This document shows positions 26,424-35,967 of a DNA stretch of 58,617 nt, piece by piece. Source of the DNA: an uncultured Anaerolineaceae bacterium. GTDB taxonomy: Bacteria; Chloroflexota; Anaerolineae; Aggregatilineales; Phototrophicaceae. The notes under the pieces were generated by a model, which saw nothing but the letters and a program-made list of their open reading frames with translations, searched no databases and was not told the origin of the DNA. The DNA lies in assembly GCA_964434365.1 (NCBI GenBank), contig CAYSVE010000001.1, forward strand, positions 4,013-62,629, in the 5' to 3' direction. Numbering within the stretch: position 1 is the stretch's first letter; each line of letters begins with the position of its first letter. The position numbers and the translations under genes are program-made.

Positions 26424-27578
26424 TTATTCCCGCTGGAGTTGGGTGCGCCAATCCTGCTCGGTGATAAAGTGCAGGTTTACCGGCTGCCCGGCCACCGATT
26501 TAGCGAGCAGGAGCAGCCGCTCCAAAAAGTTGCCGACAAAGGCGTCGCGGCGGCGCTCATCGGGCATGGCCAGCACATAGTCGATGCCGTTTGCGTCGCT
26601 ACGACAGTCCACGAGCGTGGATTCGCCGAAGTGTAAGTGATACTGCATGAAGCCCATGTGATTGGTGAATTCCCGCGTGATGTTCCGCCAACCCTGTTTG
26701 ATCTCATCCGTGACGTTGGCGGTGACGGGGGCCGCGAGGGCGCGTTCTTCGAGGATGCGCTCGGCCTCTTCGTTTAGCCGTTCGATGTCGTACAGGTCGT
26801 TTTTGCCGGACGCCTCTGCCGGTGAGGAGGGTGCAGGCGTGGGCTGGGCTGCCCGGGCTTCGGTCTCGTTTTGTAGCGCGGCCAGTACGTAGTTCCACGA
26901 ATGCCCGCGCCCCACACAGCGACGAATTACCTCGTGGGCCTGGGTGTCGCCGAGTTGGCTGCGCAGGTCGCGGAGTTGCTTTTTGACGTGATGGCGCAGG
27001 TGCCCGAAGTGCGGTTCGTAGGCTTTATAGGCTGCCCACGTGTTCTGCGGTGTGTCGATGGCCGGGCGCTCGTCGACGGTTGCGGTTTCGTTTGATTCAT
27101 GCGGTCCGGAACTTATGGCATTGTAGCCGAAACGCGCTTCGAGCCATTCGACAAAGGTGGTCATGAATGCCGAGAGGTTCAAGCGGTAGAAGGTGGCGTT
27201 GCGGCCATTGGGGGCCATGCGCACCATCGTCTCCAACCCGAGAGACCACAACGTGCGCCGGAACTTCATTACACGGTCGTCCCCAAAAATAACGCGGCGA
27301 ACCTGATAGGCGCTAAAGCGAAGTTCGTCGTACCAGTTGTGATGCGTCTTGTAGAACCAGCCGTCAGTGTTCGCGGTACGGGCTGTCCAGTACATCACTT
27401 GGTTGAGGAAGATCGCCGCGTTGTGATCGCCTTCGAAGAAATCCACCAGGATGGTATGGGCAAGGATGACGTCTTTGCTGCCCGTTGCCTGTTGGATCAT
27501 GCCCTCGACCTGCTTGCGTAGTTCGGCCAGATGACGAGGGTCGTATTCGCGATTTGATGTTGCTAGGAAGGTCTTCAT
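26424..27578 (-). CDS. Hypothetical protein, possibly replication-initiator/DnaD-like
   Basis: 384 aa with good coding character. The N-terminal FLNQVMYWT...DGWFYKTHHNWYDELRFSAYQVRRV is reminiscent of phage/plasmid replication-organiser wHTH domains. This is a weak, from-memory assignment. Confidence 0.7.
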   Translation of the reverse strand: MKTFLATSNREYDPRHLAELRKQVEGMIQQATGSKDVILAHTILVDFFEGDHNAAIFLNQVMYWTARTANTDGWFYKTHHNWYDELRFSAYQVRRVIFGDDRVMKFRRTLWSLGLETMVRMAPNGRNATFYRLNLSAFMTTFVEWLEARFGYNAISSGPHESNETATVDERPAIDTPQNTWAAYKAYEPHFGHLRHHVKKQLRDLRSQLGDTQAHEVIRRCVGRGHSWNYVLAALQNETEARAAQPTPAPSSPAEASGKNDLYDIERLNEEAERILEERALAAPVTANVTDEIKQGWRNITREFTNHMGFMQYHLHFGESTLVDCRSDANGIDYVLAMPDERRRDAFVGNFLERLLLLAKSVAGQPVNLHFITEQDWRTQLQRE

Positions 27579-28246
27579 GGCCTTCCTCCTTTGTGAGAAC
27601 TCAGGAGGAATGACCCGCTGGTATGACTGTGGGGTTGCCTTTTCCGTTGGTTATGATAAACTCTACATAACTTTACAACGAACAAAAGCGCACGCCCGCG
27701 TAGATGTTCACCAGGGGTCATACCTCCTAGATAGATGGACTCGTTGAGTGCCCGCGAAGCAACTTACAGCGAGTCCAGCTTCTATTTATGTGATAAGGTG
27801 CAAAATTCCCAGCGTCGCGTAAACGTGAAAATCTAAATTTTCCACGCTATATCTTTAGATCAACCATTACTACGGTTATTGGGCAGTATACTTCACTTCC
27901 CAAATTTTGTCCATATCTTAACCTTTGCGAATTTACGTTTTCCTCCTCGTAGAACACAAGTTCCATTGTAACAGAAAAATACCCGTTGCTCGTTCGAACC
28001 TGGTAGTGTTGTGGCTTGGATTGCGCTAGTAGGGGTTCGGCTACCCAAACGCGCCGGAACCGGGGCGATGTGTGCGGCTAACAATTTGAATATTCTAACG
28101 CACGTCGTATGGGTGCGTATTGCGGTTCCTTTGAATGTGATTTGAAAAGCCAAACCTTGGTGTAAATTCCGTCTAAAAAGCAGCGCCCCTCGGCATAAGT
28201 ACATCGACGCTATATAAATCGCATCAATATAGAGGATGTACTGCCT

Positions 28247-29221
28247 ATGAGGAGCGCTACCTTACTAATTGCCGCAGCCGTCGTTTTATCGACGGTCGTT
28301 TCGCCGATCGCAGCCCGAGAAGTGGTTGCATTGCCCGATCCGGCGGTGATTCCCGACATGGTCAACCGGGTCGCCGAACTGCGCACGAGCCGCGGGTTAC
28401 CCCCCCTCACACTCAATGCTCAGTTGACGGCGGCGGCACAAGATCAGGCGAACTGGTTGGTAGAAACCGGGATTCGTGCACACCGCCGCCCAGAGGATGG
28501 CTCGCGCGCGGTGCACCGTGCTGAGGCTGCCGGGTACCAGTATGAAGGCTGGTGCTGTGGCGAAAACTACTACATGAGCATCGACGCGACGCCGGACATG
28601 GTCTGGAACTTCTGGGTGTGGAGTCCGCCACACTACACCAATCTCACACTCCCCCGCTTCACCGAAATCGGCGTGGGCATGGCCACCGATGGCTACCGGC
28701 ACAGTTATGTGTTGGTGTTCGGGCGCCCGCTGGGCACCGACGCCGCTGTCGAAGCCGAACGGCAGGCCGAAGTCCAACGCCTGATCGACGAAGGCGGTGG
28801 GGTGCACATCGTTACACGCGGCGAGACCCTCGCGCGCATCGCGAATCGTTACGGGGCATCGGTGGGTGAACTGGTGGCGGCCAACAACCTCCCCGACCCA
28901 AACCTCATCATGCCGGGGACACGTCTGGTCATTCCGCAGTTCGGCGGCGGTGGTGATTTGGCTGCACCCGCCGAGTCGCCCCCACCTGTTGAGCCTGTGG
29001 AGCAACAACCACCTGCCCAACCAGAACCGGTCATGGTGGCGCAAGCTGCCTCCCCTGGTGGCGACATCCCCGAGGGCGCACGGACCCACACCGTGCAAAG
29101 CGGCGAGAATCTGTTCCGCATTGCCCTTAACTACGGGACCGACTTCGACACGCTTGCGGCGCTGAACAACATCGAGAACCCACGCCGCATCTTCAGTGGT
29201 CAAGTAATCGTATTGCCCTAG
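28247..29221 (+). CDS. Secreted CAP (SCP/PR1-like) domain protein with two LysM domains
   Basis: It has a signal peptide, a CAP-like region ...PPHYTNLTLPRFTEIGVG, a P-rich linker and two LysM repeats (HIVTRGETLARIANRYG...; HTVQSGENLFRIALNYG...). The RBS is agagga. Confidence 0.85.
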   Translation: MRSATLLIAAAVVLSTVVSPIAAREVVALPDPAVIPDMVNRVAELRTSRGLPPLTLNAQLTAAAQDQANWLVETGIRAHRRPEDGSRAVHRAEAAGYQYEGWCCGENYYMSIDATPDMVWNFWVWSPPHYTNLTLPRFTEIGVGMATDGYRHSYVLVFGRPLGTDAAVEAERQAEVQRLIDEGGGVHIVTRGETLARIANRYGASVGELVAANNLPDPNLIMPGTRLVIPQFGGGGDLAAPAESPPPVEPVEQQPPAQPEPVMVAQAASPGGDIPEGARTHTVQSGENLFRIALNYGTDFDTLAALNNIENPRRIFSGQVIVLP

Positions 29222-29373
29222 CGTGTTGGGACCCGCCCATAGCCTATGTCGGCTTGTCGCATCGGGGGCCAGTATCATCCTCAAATGTGACGAGCCGACA
29301 TCGGGCCAATGCGACCGACCGTATAATAGGCAACGACTCAGGCACATCGACCAATTTTGCAAGGGGCATAGCT

Positions 29374-29670
29374 ATGGCAGCCGTCGAATTTAAGCCAGAA
29401 AATTACAGAACGATCATCACCGACCCATCGGACAACACCATGTATTTCACCGAAGCGTATCTCGACCAGATGATTGGGCATTACTTTGGCGAAAGCAACA
29501 ACGTCGAGGTGGTCAAAGCGAAGTTGCAAGCCATCCCAGCAGCGATTCGCGCCCGCATACAGGTTCAAATGGCCGTGGTCATCCTCAGCGAGGGCAGTCT
29601 TCATCGTTTGGAGGGGGCTATCCGTAGTGCTGAGATCGATTATCGTGATGTGCTGATGGAACTGCGTTGA
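29374..29670 (+). CDS. Small hypothetical protein
   Basis: The start was moved to ATG 29374 (MAAVEFKPENY...), giving 98 aa with balanced composition. I recognise no family. Confidence 0.5.
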   Translation: MAAVEFKPENYRTIITDPSDNTMYFTEAYLDQMIGHYFGESNNVEVVKAKLQAIPAAIRARIQVQMAVVILSEGSLHRLEGAIRSAEIDYRDVLMELR

Positions 29671-29720
29671 GGTGGTGGCGTTGTCGGTTGCTGCAACGAG
29701 ATAAGGTTGCCACGGACGGA

Positions 29721-29876
29721 GCACCCTCCGTTTTGGGGCATTGGGATCGGACTGCGCCAAGTGGGAGCACACACAAGCGCTCCCCTATCTGTATCGACGC
29801 ACCCTCCGTCCTGGGGCATTGGGATCGGACTGCGCCAAGTGGGAGCACACACAAGCGCTCCCCTATCTGTATCGAC
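29721..29876. repeat. 78-bp tandem repeat x2, each unit with an internal hairpin
   Basis: Units 29721-29798 and 29799-29876 differ at 2 positions (gttttgg against gtcctgg). Each contains gggagc-N10-gctccc. They lie between convergent genes. Confidence 0.9.
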
Positions 29877-29890
29877 CAGTATCGACTCGC

Positions 29891-31189
29891 TTAGGTGGCG
29901 GTTTCGGCTGTTTCCTCGACGGGCGGTTGCATGCGCCGACGGAACAGGCCGTACAACCGCGCGCTGATCGGCGCACGGCGCAGGGGCTTCATCTCCATCA
30001 CACGGAAGGCTGCGCGGCCCGTCAGCCGCCCGTAGACGTACTGGCCGAGGATGCGCGCGCTGGCGATGAGCGGTGCCGCGATGATCACACCGACGACGCC
30101 ACCGAAGCTCGCACCCCACAGCACCGAGAGGATCACGATGGCCGGGTGCAGGTGCAGGCTGTTGCCGAGCACGCGCGGCACGAGGAACAACCCCTCGATT
30201 TGCTGGATGACGAACCACAACACGATGACGACCAGCATCAGCGGGAACCCACCCAACCCGTCGATGGTCGACGAATCGACGAAGAGCGCGGTAAGCGCCG
30301 CCGGGATAAGTGACAGCGCGGGGCCAACGTTTGGGATGAACTCCATAATGCCCGCAAAAAACGCGAGGAACGTTGCGTTTGGTATGCCGAGCACGGTCGC
30401 GAGCACCCACATCGCCGAGCCGATGATGAGGCTGAGGATAACCTTTCCGCGCAGGTAGTCGTTCCACACGGTGGCGAGGTCGCGAAGGAGACGCCGCACG
30501 TCCTCCTGGTAGCCGTCGGGGGCTACGCTGACGATGGTTCTGAGTATGGCGCGCCCGTCGATGAGCAAGTGCCCCACGATCAAAAAGAAGAACAACGATG
30601 TGAGCAAAAAGCCAATCGTGTTGCCGATGACGCCGAAGGCCGACCCGGTAATGCCCAGCACCGAGTTGAAAATTTCCTCGGCACCCTGGCCGGTGACCTG
30701 ACCGAGCAAGGTGTTCAGGTAATCGTTGAAGTCCTGGTATTCCTCCTCGCTCACCATAAGTTCGAGCTGCTCGCTGAGGATGAACGGCTCGCCATCGGGT
30801 GTTTCGATGACGGTGTCGCCGAAGGTAAGCGGCTCGTTGAGGAAGGTTGTGACGGTGCCGGGGATAACGGTGAGCACGTTGTTCGTTTGGCGCAGTAGCG
30901 CAGGCACCACAGAAATCATCAGCCCGACGAGCAACCCGACGATAAGTAGCATGATAATGAACACGGACATCACCCGCTGCCCACGCGCGACGCGCGTCTC
31001 GCAGGCGTCGACGAGGGGATGAAGCAAATAGGCGGTGACGACCGCCGCAAACATCAAAGGGATAACCGACCAGAGCGTGAGCGCGGTGAGGGCGAGCACC
31101 CCGGCAAAAAGCAAGGCGATGCCGCGCGCTGTTGTTTCCGACCACTCGGGTGCGGTGGATTGCGACTGGGGAGGGAGATCTGCTGACAT
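29891..31189 (-). CDS. AI-2E family transporter (PerM/UPF0118)
   Basis: 432 aa with about 8 TM segments, a central soluble insert and typical C-terminal ...GVVGVIIAAPL. The competing 501-aa ORF on the same strand is R-rich off-frame noise. Confidence 0.85.
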   Translation of the reverse strand: MSADLPPQSQSTAPEWSETTARGIALLFAGVLALTALTLWSVIPLMFAAVVTAYLLHPLVDACETRVARGQRVMSVFIIMLLIVGLLVGLMISVVPALLRQTNNVLTVIPGTVTTFLNEPLTFGDTVIETPDGEPFILSEQLELMVSEEEYQDFNDYLNTLLGQVTGQGAEEIFNSVLGITGSAFGVIGNTIGFLLTSLFFFLIVGHLLIDGRAILRTIVSVAPDGYQEDVRRLLRDLATVWNDYLRGKVILSLIIGSAMWVLATVLGIPNATFLAFFAGIMEFIPNVGPALSLIPAALTALFVDSSTIDGLGGFPLMLVVIVLWFVIQQIEGLFLVPRVLGNSLHLHPAIVILSVLWGASFGGVVGVIIAAPLIASARILGQYVYGRLTGRAAFRVMEMKPLRRAPISARLYGLFRRRMQPPVEETAETAT

Positions 31190-31358
31190 AATCGTCCGAT
31201 ACCTTTTATCGATTCGTGCTTATGTAGGATAGCCCATAGTTGCTAACTCTACAGCCTATCCACATTTTCTACATACAATCGTCATACCTCGTAGAGTAGA
31301 AAAGAGAGGTTACGATGATATTTCGAGAGGTACAAAGGCCGCTGCGGGGGGGCTGTGG

Positions 31359-31790
31359 GTGTTCGCGGTACCCCCTGCGGCGATTGCATGGTACGGCTTC
31401 GTACAGCAAATCATATTCGGGGTGCCGTTTGGGCAAAACCCCGCGCCAGATTGGAGCATGTGGCTGATGCTCATTCCCATCGGCATCGGGCTACCGGTTT
31501 TGTTCGCACTGGTGCAGATGACGACGGAAGTTCACGACGATCACATTCTGGTGGAATATCGCCCATTCGCGCGGCGCGAATTTGCGCGCGATGACATAAA
31601 GGGGGCGGAGGTGCGTACCTACCGCCCTATCGCAGAGTACGGCGGATGGGGTATCCGCGTGTGGTTTGGGGGCAAACGGGCCTACAGTGCCTACGGTAAC
31701 CAGGGGGTAGAACTCACCCTGGCCGATGGTGCGCGCGTGATGCTCGGCAGCCAGAAGCCCGACGACCTGTTGCAGGCCATCGGGCGTTAG
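31359..31790 (+). CDS. Small membrane protein (two TM + soluble C-terminal domain)
   Basis: Two hydrophobic segments are followed by a ~80-aa soluble part. The start is uncertain: GTG 31359, or ATG 31315 if the G7 run is one base short. Confidence 0.6.
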   Translation: MFAVPPAAIAWYGFVQQIIFGVPFGQNPAPDWSMWLMLIPIGIGLPVLFALVQMTTEVHDDHILVEYRPFARREFARDDIKGAEVRTYRPIAEYGGWGIRVWFGGKRAYSAYGNQGVELTLADGARVMLGSQKPDDLLQAIGR

Positions 31791-31815
31791 ATGTTAGCTC
31801 CGTGGTGAGTGGGCG

Positions 31816-32475
31816 TTAGCGAGGTCCGCTGCGCCCCTCGCCACGGTTGCCGCCAAACCGACTGCCCTCACCGTCCCCGCTGACTGTGGACGCATCCTCT
31901 GGATCGAAGGTGGGCGGATTTTCAGGGTCGAAGGTCGGGATATTCTCTGGATCGAAGGTGGGCGGATTTTCAGGGTCGAAGGTCGGGATATTCTCTGGAT
32001 CGAACTCGAAGTTCTCCAAGGCCTCCGCCAATTCCTCGTTTACCGTATAGGTGATGTCGTCCTCGTCGATGGTTGCGTCCGCAAGTACGTTATTTTCGCT
32101 GCTGGTGCGTAGCTGTTGGAATTCGGCGGACTGAAGCGCGGTGTTGATGTCGTCGATGGTACGCTGCGGCACGTTGAAGTCGTTCACGCTGGCGTCGGTC
32201 ACTTCCCAGTAGAAGCCCTCGCCGTCCTCTTGCTGAACCACGGCCATACGCACAGCCACACTGACGGTTTCGCCGTCTTCGGCGGTAACGGTAGCGGTGA
32301 TAATCGCGGTATCATCGGTGAAGTTTAGGTTGAGGTCTTCCACCTCATCGATGTTGGCGACAACCCCATCGAGCACGGTGTTGACATCGGCTTCGGTGAG
32401 GGTGATGGTGGTTTGGGCGAAGGCGGGCATCGCTGCGAGCAAAGCGATGATGAGCATCGGTAGGTATTTCTTCAC
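31816..32475 (-). CDS. Secreted acidic protein with FDPENxPT tandem repeats
   Basis: Signal peptide MKKYLPMLIIALLAAMPAFAQ, a D/E-rich body, a C-terminal FDPEN(I/P)PT x4-5 and a G/R-rich tail. Confidence 0.75.
   Translation of the reverse strand: MKKYLPMLIIALLAAMPAFAQTTITLTEADVNTVLDGVVANIDEVEDLNLNFTDDTAIITATVTAEDGETVSVAVRMAVVQQEDGEGFYWEVTDASVNDFNVPQRTIDDINTALQSAEFQQLRTSSENNVLADATIDEDDITYTVNEELAEALENFEFDPENIPTFDPENPPTFDPENIPTFDPENPPTFDPEDASTVSGDGEGSRFGGNRGEGRSGPR
31899..32004. repeat. Perfect 48-bp tandem repeat (2.2 copies) inside the CDS
   Basis: ctggatcgaaggtgggcggattttcagggtcgaaggtcgggatattct occurs at 31899-31946 and 31947-31994, with a partial third copy to 32004. Confidence 0.9.
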
Positions 32476-32732
32476 GACCTGGTTTTTCCCTTGTGATTAC
32501 GTTGTCGATTGCACGTAATCTATAGGGTAAGTTTAAACTAAATGCTTTGTAAGTGTAAACTATCTGTAAGGCATTTTGTTAAATAAAATAAAATAGGTAA
32601 AATATATGAATTCGTATGGTAAATCTGCGCCACCTTAAGTTAATTACGATATTTATTTATATGATCAAATTTAGTACAATGCGTCTACTGGCGATGCCTC
32701 CTTTCTAACGCAACGATAACCCTGGAACTTTT
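32476..32732. promoter_or_regulatory. Strikingly AT-rich divergent intergenic region
   Basis: It contains runs such as ttaaataaaataaaataggtaaaatatatg and repeated gtaa(g/a) motifs. It separates the divergent starts at 32475 (-) and 32733 (+). Confidence 0.4.
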
Positions 32733-33962
32733 ATGCCTAGCGTCAAAAAGCTCGTGGATACCGATCATCTGACGGTTTTACGCAATTTGGACCTGCTGGA
32801 CACCCCACCCGAAGAGGCATTCGACCGGTTGACGGGCCTCGTGGCGCGCACCCTGCATGTGCCGATTTCGCTTGTTTCGCTGGTTACTGAAAAGTATCAG
32901 TTTTTCAAGAGCGCCTACGGCCTCGGTGATTTGCGGCAGACGCCCCTCTCGCACTCATTTTGCCAGCATGTCGTCGAGAGTGACGCGCCGCTTGTCGTGC
33001 GTGATGCCCGCGAAAACCCCATGCTGAAGGATAATTTGGCAATCCCCGACCTCGATGTGATCGGGTATCTGGGGATGCCGCTCACGACATCGGACGGATA
33101 TACCCTGGGCAGCCTGTGCGCTATCGATACCAAACCGCACGATTGGACTGAGCATGAGATCGATGTGGTGCGCGAACTCGCCAAACTGGTGATGCGGGAG
33201 ATCGAACTGCGAGAGGAAATTCGCAGGCGCGAGCAGATCGAAGAAGAGTTACGCCAGCAAAACGAGGCCCTGGACGCCTTCGGGCATACCGTTGCCCACG
33301 ACCTGAAAACGCCGTTGAACAACATTCAGGCATTTTGCAGCCTGTTGCGCGAGGAATACGGCACCATGCCAGAGGAGCAGGTGCACGAGTACCTGGGTTA
33401 TGTGACGACCAACGTCGGCCAAATGAACACGATTATCGATGGCCTGTTGCGCCTTGCAACCGTCAGCCGTACCGCCGACATCACCCTGGAACCGCTGGAC
33501 ATGTACGATCTGCTGGCCGATGTACAAATTCGGCTGCTGGCAGAGATCAAAGACCGGCAGGCGGTTATTCACATGAGCGATGATTTCCCGGTGGTATTGG
33601 GCTATCGCCCGTGGGTGCAGGAGGTGTGGATGAACTATCTCTCGAACGCGTTGAAGTACGGGGGGCAGCCGCCTGTCATCCGCATCGGGGCCGATGACCC
33701 CGACGAAACCCTCAACGTGTGTTGCTGGGTGCAGGATAACGGCCCCGGTATGACGGCAGAGGAAAAATCGCAGGCGTTTGCTGCGACGACACGCTTTCAT
33801 GCGAATCAAGCCACCGGCCAGGGCCTCGGGTTAGCGATTGTCAAACGAATCATGACTCGCTTTGGGGGCGAGTGTGGTGTCGCCGATGCACCTGAGGGCG
33901 GGAGTAAGTTTTGGTTTATGATGCCCGCCCCACCCTCCTCGTTCTCGTTGAAACGCGATTAG
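32733..33962 (+). CDS. GAF-domain sensor histidine kinase
   Basis: N-terminal GAF-like domain, coiled linker, H-box HTVAHDLKTPLN, N-box and G2-box GQGLGLAIVKRI. Confidence 0.85.
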   Translation: MPSVKKLVDTDHLTVLRNLDLLDTPPEEAFDRLTGLVARTLHVPISLVSLVTEKYQFFKSAYGLGDLRQTPLSHSFCQHVVESDAPLVVRDARENPMLKDNLAIPDLDVIGYLGMPLTTSDGYTLGSLCAIDTKPHDWTEHEIDVVRELAKLVMREIELREEIRRREQIEEELRQQNEALDAFGHTVAHDLKTPLNNIQAFCSLLREEYGTMPEEQVHEYLGYVTTNVGQMNTIIDGLLRLATVSRTADITLEPLDMYDLLADVQIRLLAEIKDRQAVIHMSDDFPVVLGYRPWVQEVWMNYLSNALKYGGQPPVIRIGADDPDETLNVCCWVQDNGPGMTAEEKSQAFAATTRFHANQATGQGLGLAIVKRIMTRFGGECGVADAPEGGSKFWFMMPAPPSSFSLKRD

Positions 33963-34540
33963 GTCAGCACACTTAAGGTGATGTTCACGATGTCGTCGAG
34001 GGTGTCTCGGGACGTCTGTTGCCGCCCCATCACACGGATGCCACGCACCGCATTCATGAGAAACCGCGCCAGCGCCTGTAAGTCCCGGCCTGGGTAAATT
34101 GTGCCGTCTGCTTCTGCGCGTTCTAGCGCATCCTGGAACGCCTGCTCCGATGCTTTGATGCTCTCGTACACTAACGTCTCAACCTGGGGGTTATACGGCG
34201 CTAGCTCGATGGCCGAGTTGATGATAAAGCAGCCCCGATGCTGTGGGTCCTGAAGGACCTTACGAATTTCGGCATCGAACACGGCTTGGATACCTGAAAG
34301 TGGCTCGGTCGGTTCGGACAGCGTATCGACGATCCACGAATCGTGGGCGTGAATGTATCGCTGGAGCGCCCTCAGGAACAGCTGCTCCTTGCTGCCGAAA
34401 GTGTTGTAAAAACTCGCTCTGCCAATTTGCATTACGTCGAGCAGGGCTGAGAGTGAAGACCCCTCGTACCCCTTACACCAGAACAGGTCCATCGCTGCGG
34501 TAAGGGCTACTTCAGGGTCGAATTCGATTGGGCGGGGCAT
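33959..34540 (-). CDS. TetR/AcrR family transcriptional regulator
   Basis: N-terminal HTH ...FWCKGYEGSSLSALLDVMQIGRASFYNTFGSKEQLF. It is 193 aa long. Confidence 0.9.
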   Translation of the reverse strand: MPRPIEFDPEVALTAAMDLFWCKGYEGSSLSALLDVMQIGRASFYNTFGSKEQLFLRALQRYIHAHDSWIVDTLSEPTEPLSGIQAVFDAEIRKVLQDPQHRGCFIINSAIELAPYNPQVETLVYESIKASEQAFQDALERAEADGTIYPGRDLQALARFLMNAVRGIRVMGRQQTSRDTLDDIVNITLSVLT

Positions 34541-35019
34541 GTGGCGAACGCCTCTCTAATCAAGGTCAATCACGTTTTAGACTGCTTGATACACAACATG
34601 CTTACCAAAATCGCCAGGTTGCCAGGTGCCGTGTCCTCAGCTTTGGAGGCATCGGCTAACGGCAGCGGCCTCAGAGGCGCTCAGGGCGCGAAATCGTAGT
34701 TTGTGGGTAACGGCTAAGGGTTTTGGCCTTTTTTCGGCTTAGCGGGGCTTGTGGTGCGTTAGACGAGGTACAGGGCGCAGGAGATTGCAGCGCGGAGCAA
34801 CGATACCCGATTCTCGTGTGCGAGCGTATTGTGGCGATCACTCGATTGCATTCGGCGGCGCGGGGCTGAGTGAGCCTCAGAAGCGTGTAGCACGGATATT
34901 GGAGCCTGGGCCTTCGATGCTGGCTTTTTTCGCGGAGTGCGTCTCTCAGCGCCATACAGGGGCAGGCGGGTCGGCTGCTACCGGCGGTCCACGGGCTGGA
35001 TGATTACTCGGGTTAGTTT

Positions 35020-35078
35020 TCCCAAATCCTGTGCCCGAAAAATAACTTTTCGGGGGTGTTGAAATTTATCCCAAATCC
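35020..35078. promoter_or_regulatory. Perfect hairpin flanked by a 10-bp direct repeat
   Basis: tcccaaatcc occurs at 35020-35029 and 35069-35078. The two copies bracket cccgaaaa-ataac-ttttcggg (35034-35054). The element is ~100 nt downstream of the ParA-partner gene stop. Confidence 0.4.
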
Positions 35079-35172
35079 CCCGATGGAATGTGCCCATTCT
35101 TTGACGGTACAAGCACGTCGCAAGACCGCCCCACTTCGGCGGCGCACCCCCCCACCCGGCAGGGGACTTGAG

Positions 35173-35967
35173 TTATTTCCCAAGCTGGCGCTTCATCTCG
35201 CGCGCGTGCTCCGAAGCCGTGCGGGCGACGAGCCGCATCGCATCGTAGAGGGCAACGCGCTCCTCGTCGGTCTTGGCGCGGTCGAACTGGTTGCGCAGGG
35301 TGTCCTGCTGGCGAGTGAGCCTGTCCTGTTGCTGACGTGCCCAGTCGCTCGTAGGGGTAGCGGGGGTGTCGCTGCCATCAGCAGCTTTGAGGTATGCCCC
35401 AGGGCTGCTGTAGCGGAGGGCATCGCGTAATTTTTTCACAGACCAGTTGTGCTCGTCCGCTGCCTGGAGCCAAAGCTGCTGATTTTCTTCGTCGAGCTTG
35501 GCGACGATGCGATGATGCGAAAACGACAAAGTATGGATACGTATCCATGATTTCACGTTGGCGGCCACGCTGGCATGATGCCGCAGCGTATCGACTTCCA
35601 GCCCAAAAGCCTCGGCAAGCTCCTGGTAGGTTCGGCCCCACGCTTTATCGTCCAACGCATTAATCCAATCCCCGATGAGCCACTGCAACGAGCCTTCCAG
35701 TTGCAGCAGCAATTGGCCCAACGCACGATACTCGTCCTCGCTGGCGTTTTCGCCGCCAGCGAGGCCAGTAGGGGTGAGGCGAAACGTACCGAATACGACC
35801 TCATCGCTGCCAGATTGGATAAGCTGCGAGGCGGAGGGAATGTCGGTTTCGAGACCGGCGAAGATATTGCCCTCGTCGCCGGTCCCGTACATGAAGGCGT
35901 CGGTAGCTTCGGTCTCCTGGGTGCGCTTCACCAGCGCGTTATCGAGCTTGGCTTTGCGCTTACTCAT
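35173..35967 (-). CDS. Hypothetical protein, ParA partner (non-canonical ParB-like?)
   Basis: 264 aa, overlapping the parA stop by 8 nt. I see no classical ParB GxxRxxA box. The C-terminal third is basic and coiled. Confidence 0.7.
   Translation of the reverse strand: MSKRKAKLDNALVKRTQETEATDAFMYGTGDEGNIFAGLETDIPSASQLIQSGSDEVVFGTFRLTPTGLAGGENASEDEYRALGQLLLQLEGSLQWLIGDWINALDDKAWGRTYQELAEAFGLEVDTLRHHASVAANVKSWIRIHTLSFSHHRIVAKLDEENQQLWLQAADEHNWSVKKLRDALRYSSPGAYLKAADGSDTPATPTSDWARQQQDRLTRQQDTLRNQFDRAKTDEERVALYDAMRLVARTASEHAREMKRQLGK

Noticed and set aside
27579-28246. Possible riboswitch (c-di-AMP/ydaO type) or ncRNA in the 668-bp leader before the CAP/LysM gene
   Set aside because: LysM and cell-wall genes often carry ydaO elements. 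I found only loose resemblances (ccggaaccggggcg, gcggctaac) and not the conserved ACGGGG / GGGGUGAAUC / CCGACAGCUAACCUCGUAAGCG blocks as I remember them. An Infernal scan is needed. The 103-aa ORF at 27893-28204 also looks non-coding.
28397-29362. 321-aa minus-strand ORF
   Set aside because: It is antisense to the CAP+LysM gene, which has a signal peptide and two clean LysM repeats.
29721-29876. Possible CRISPR array
   Set aside because: There are only two units and they are directly adjacent with no spacers. The units are 78 bp, and no cas genes are nearby.
29640-31145. 501-aa minus-strand ORF overlapping the AI-2E transporter gene on the same strand
   Set aside because: It is extremely Arg/His/Pro-rich and spans the 78-bp repeats. 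The 432-aa frame gives a coherent multi-TM transporter instead.
34671-35003. 94-aa and 84-aa ORFs in the gap downstream of the ParA-partner gene
   Set aside because: They overlap each other on opposite strands, have R/A/G-rich composition, and lack an RBS. I treat the region as non-coding.
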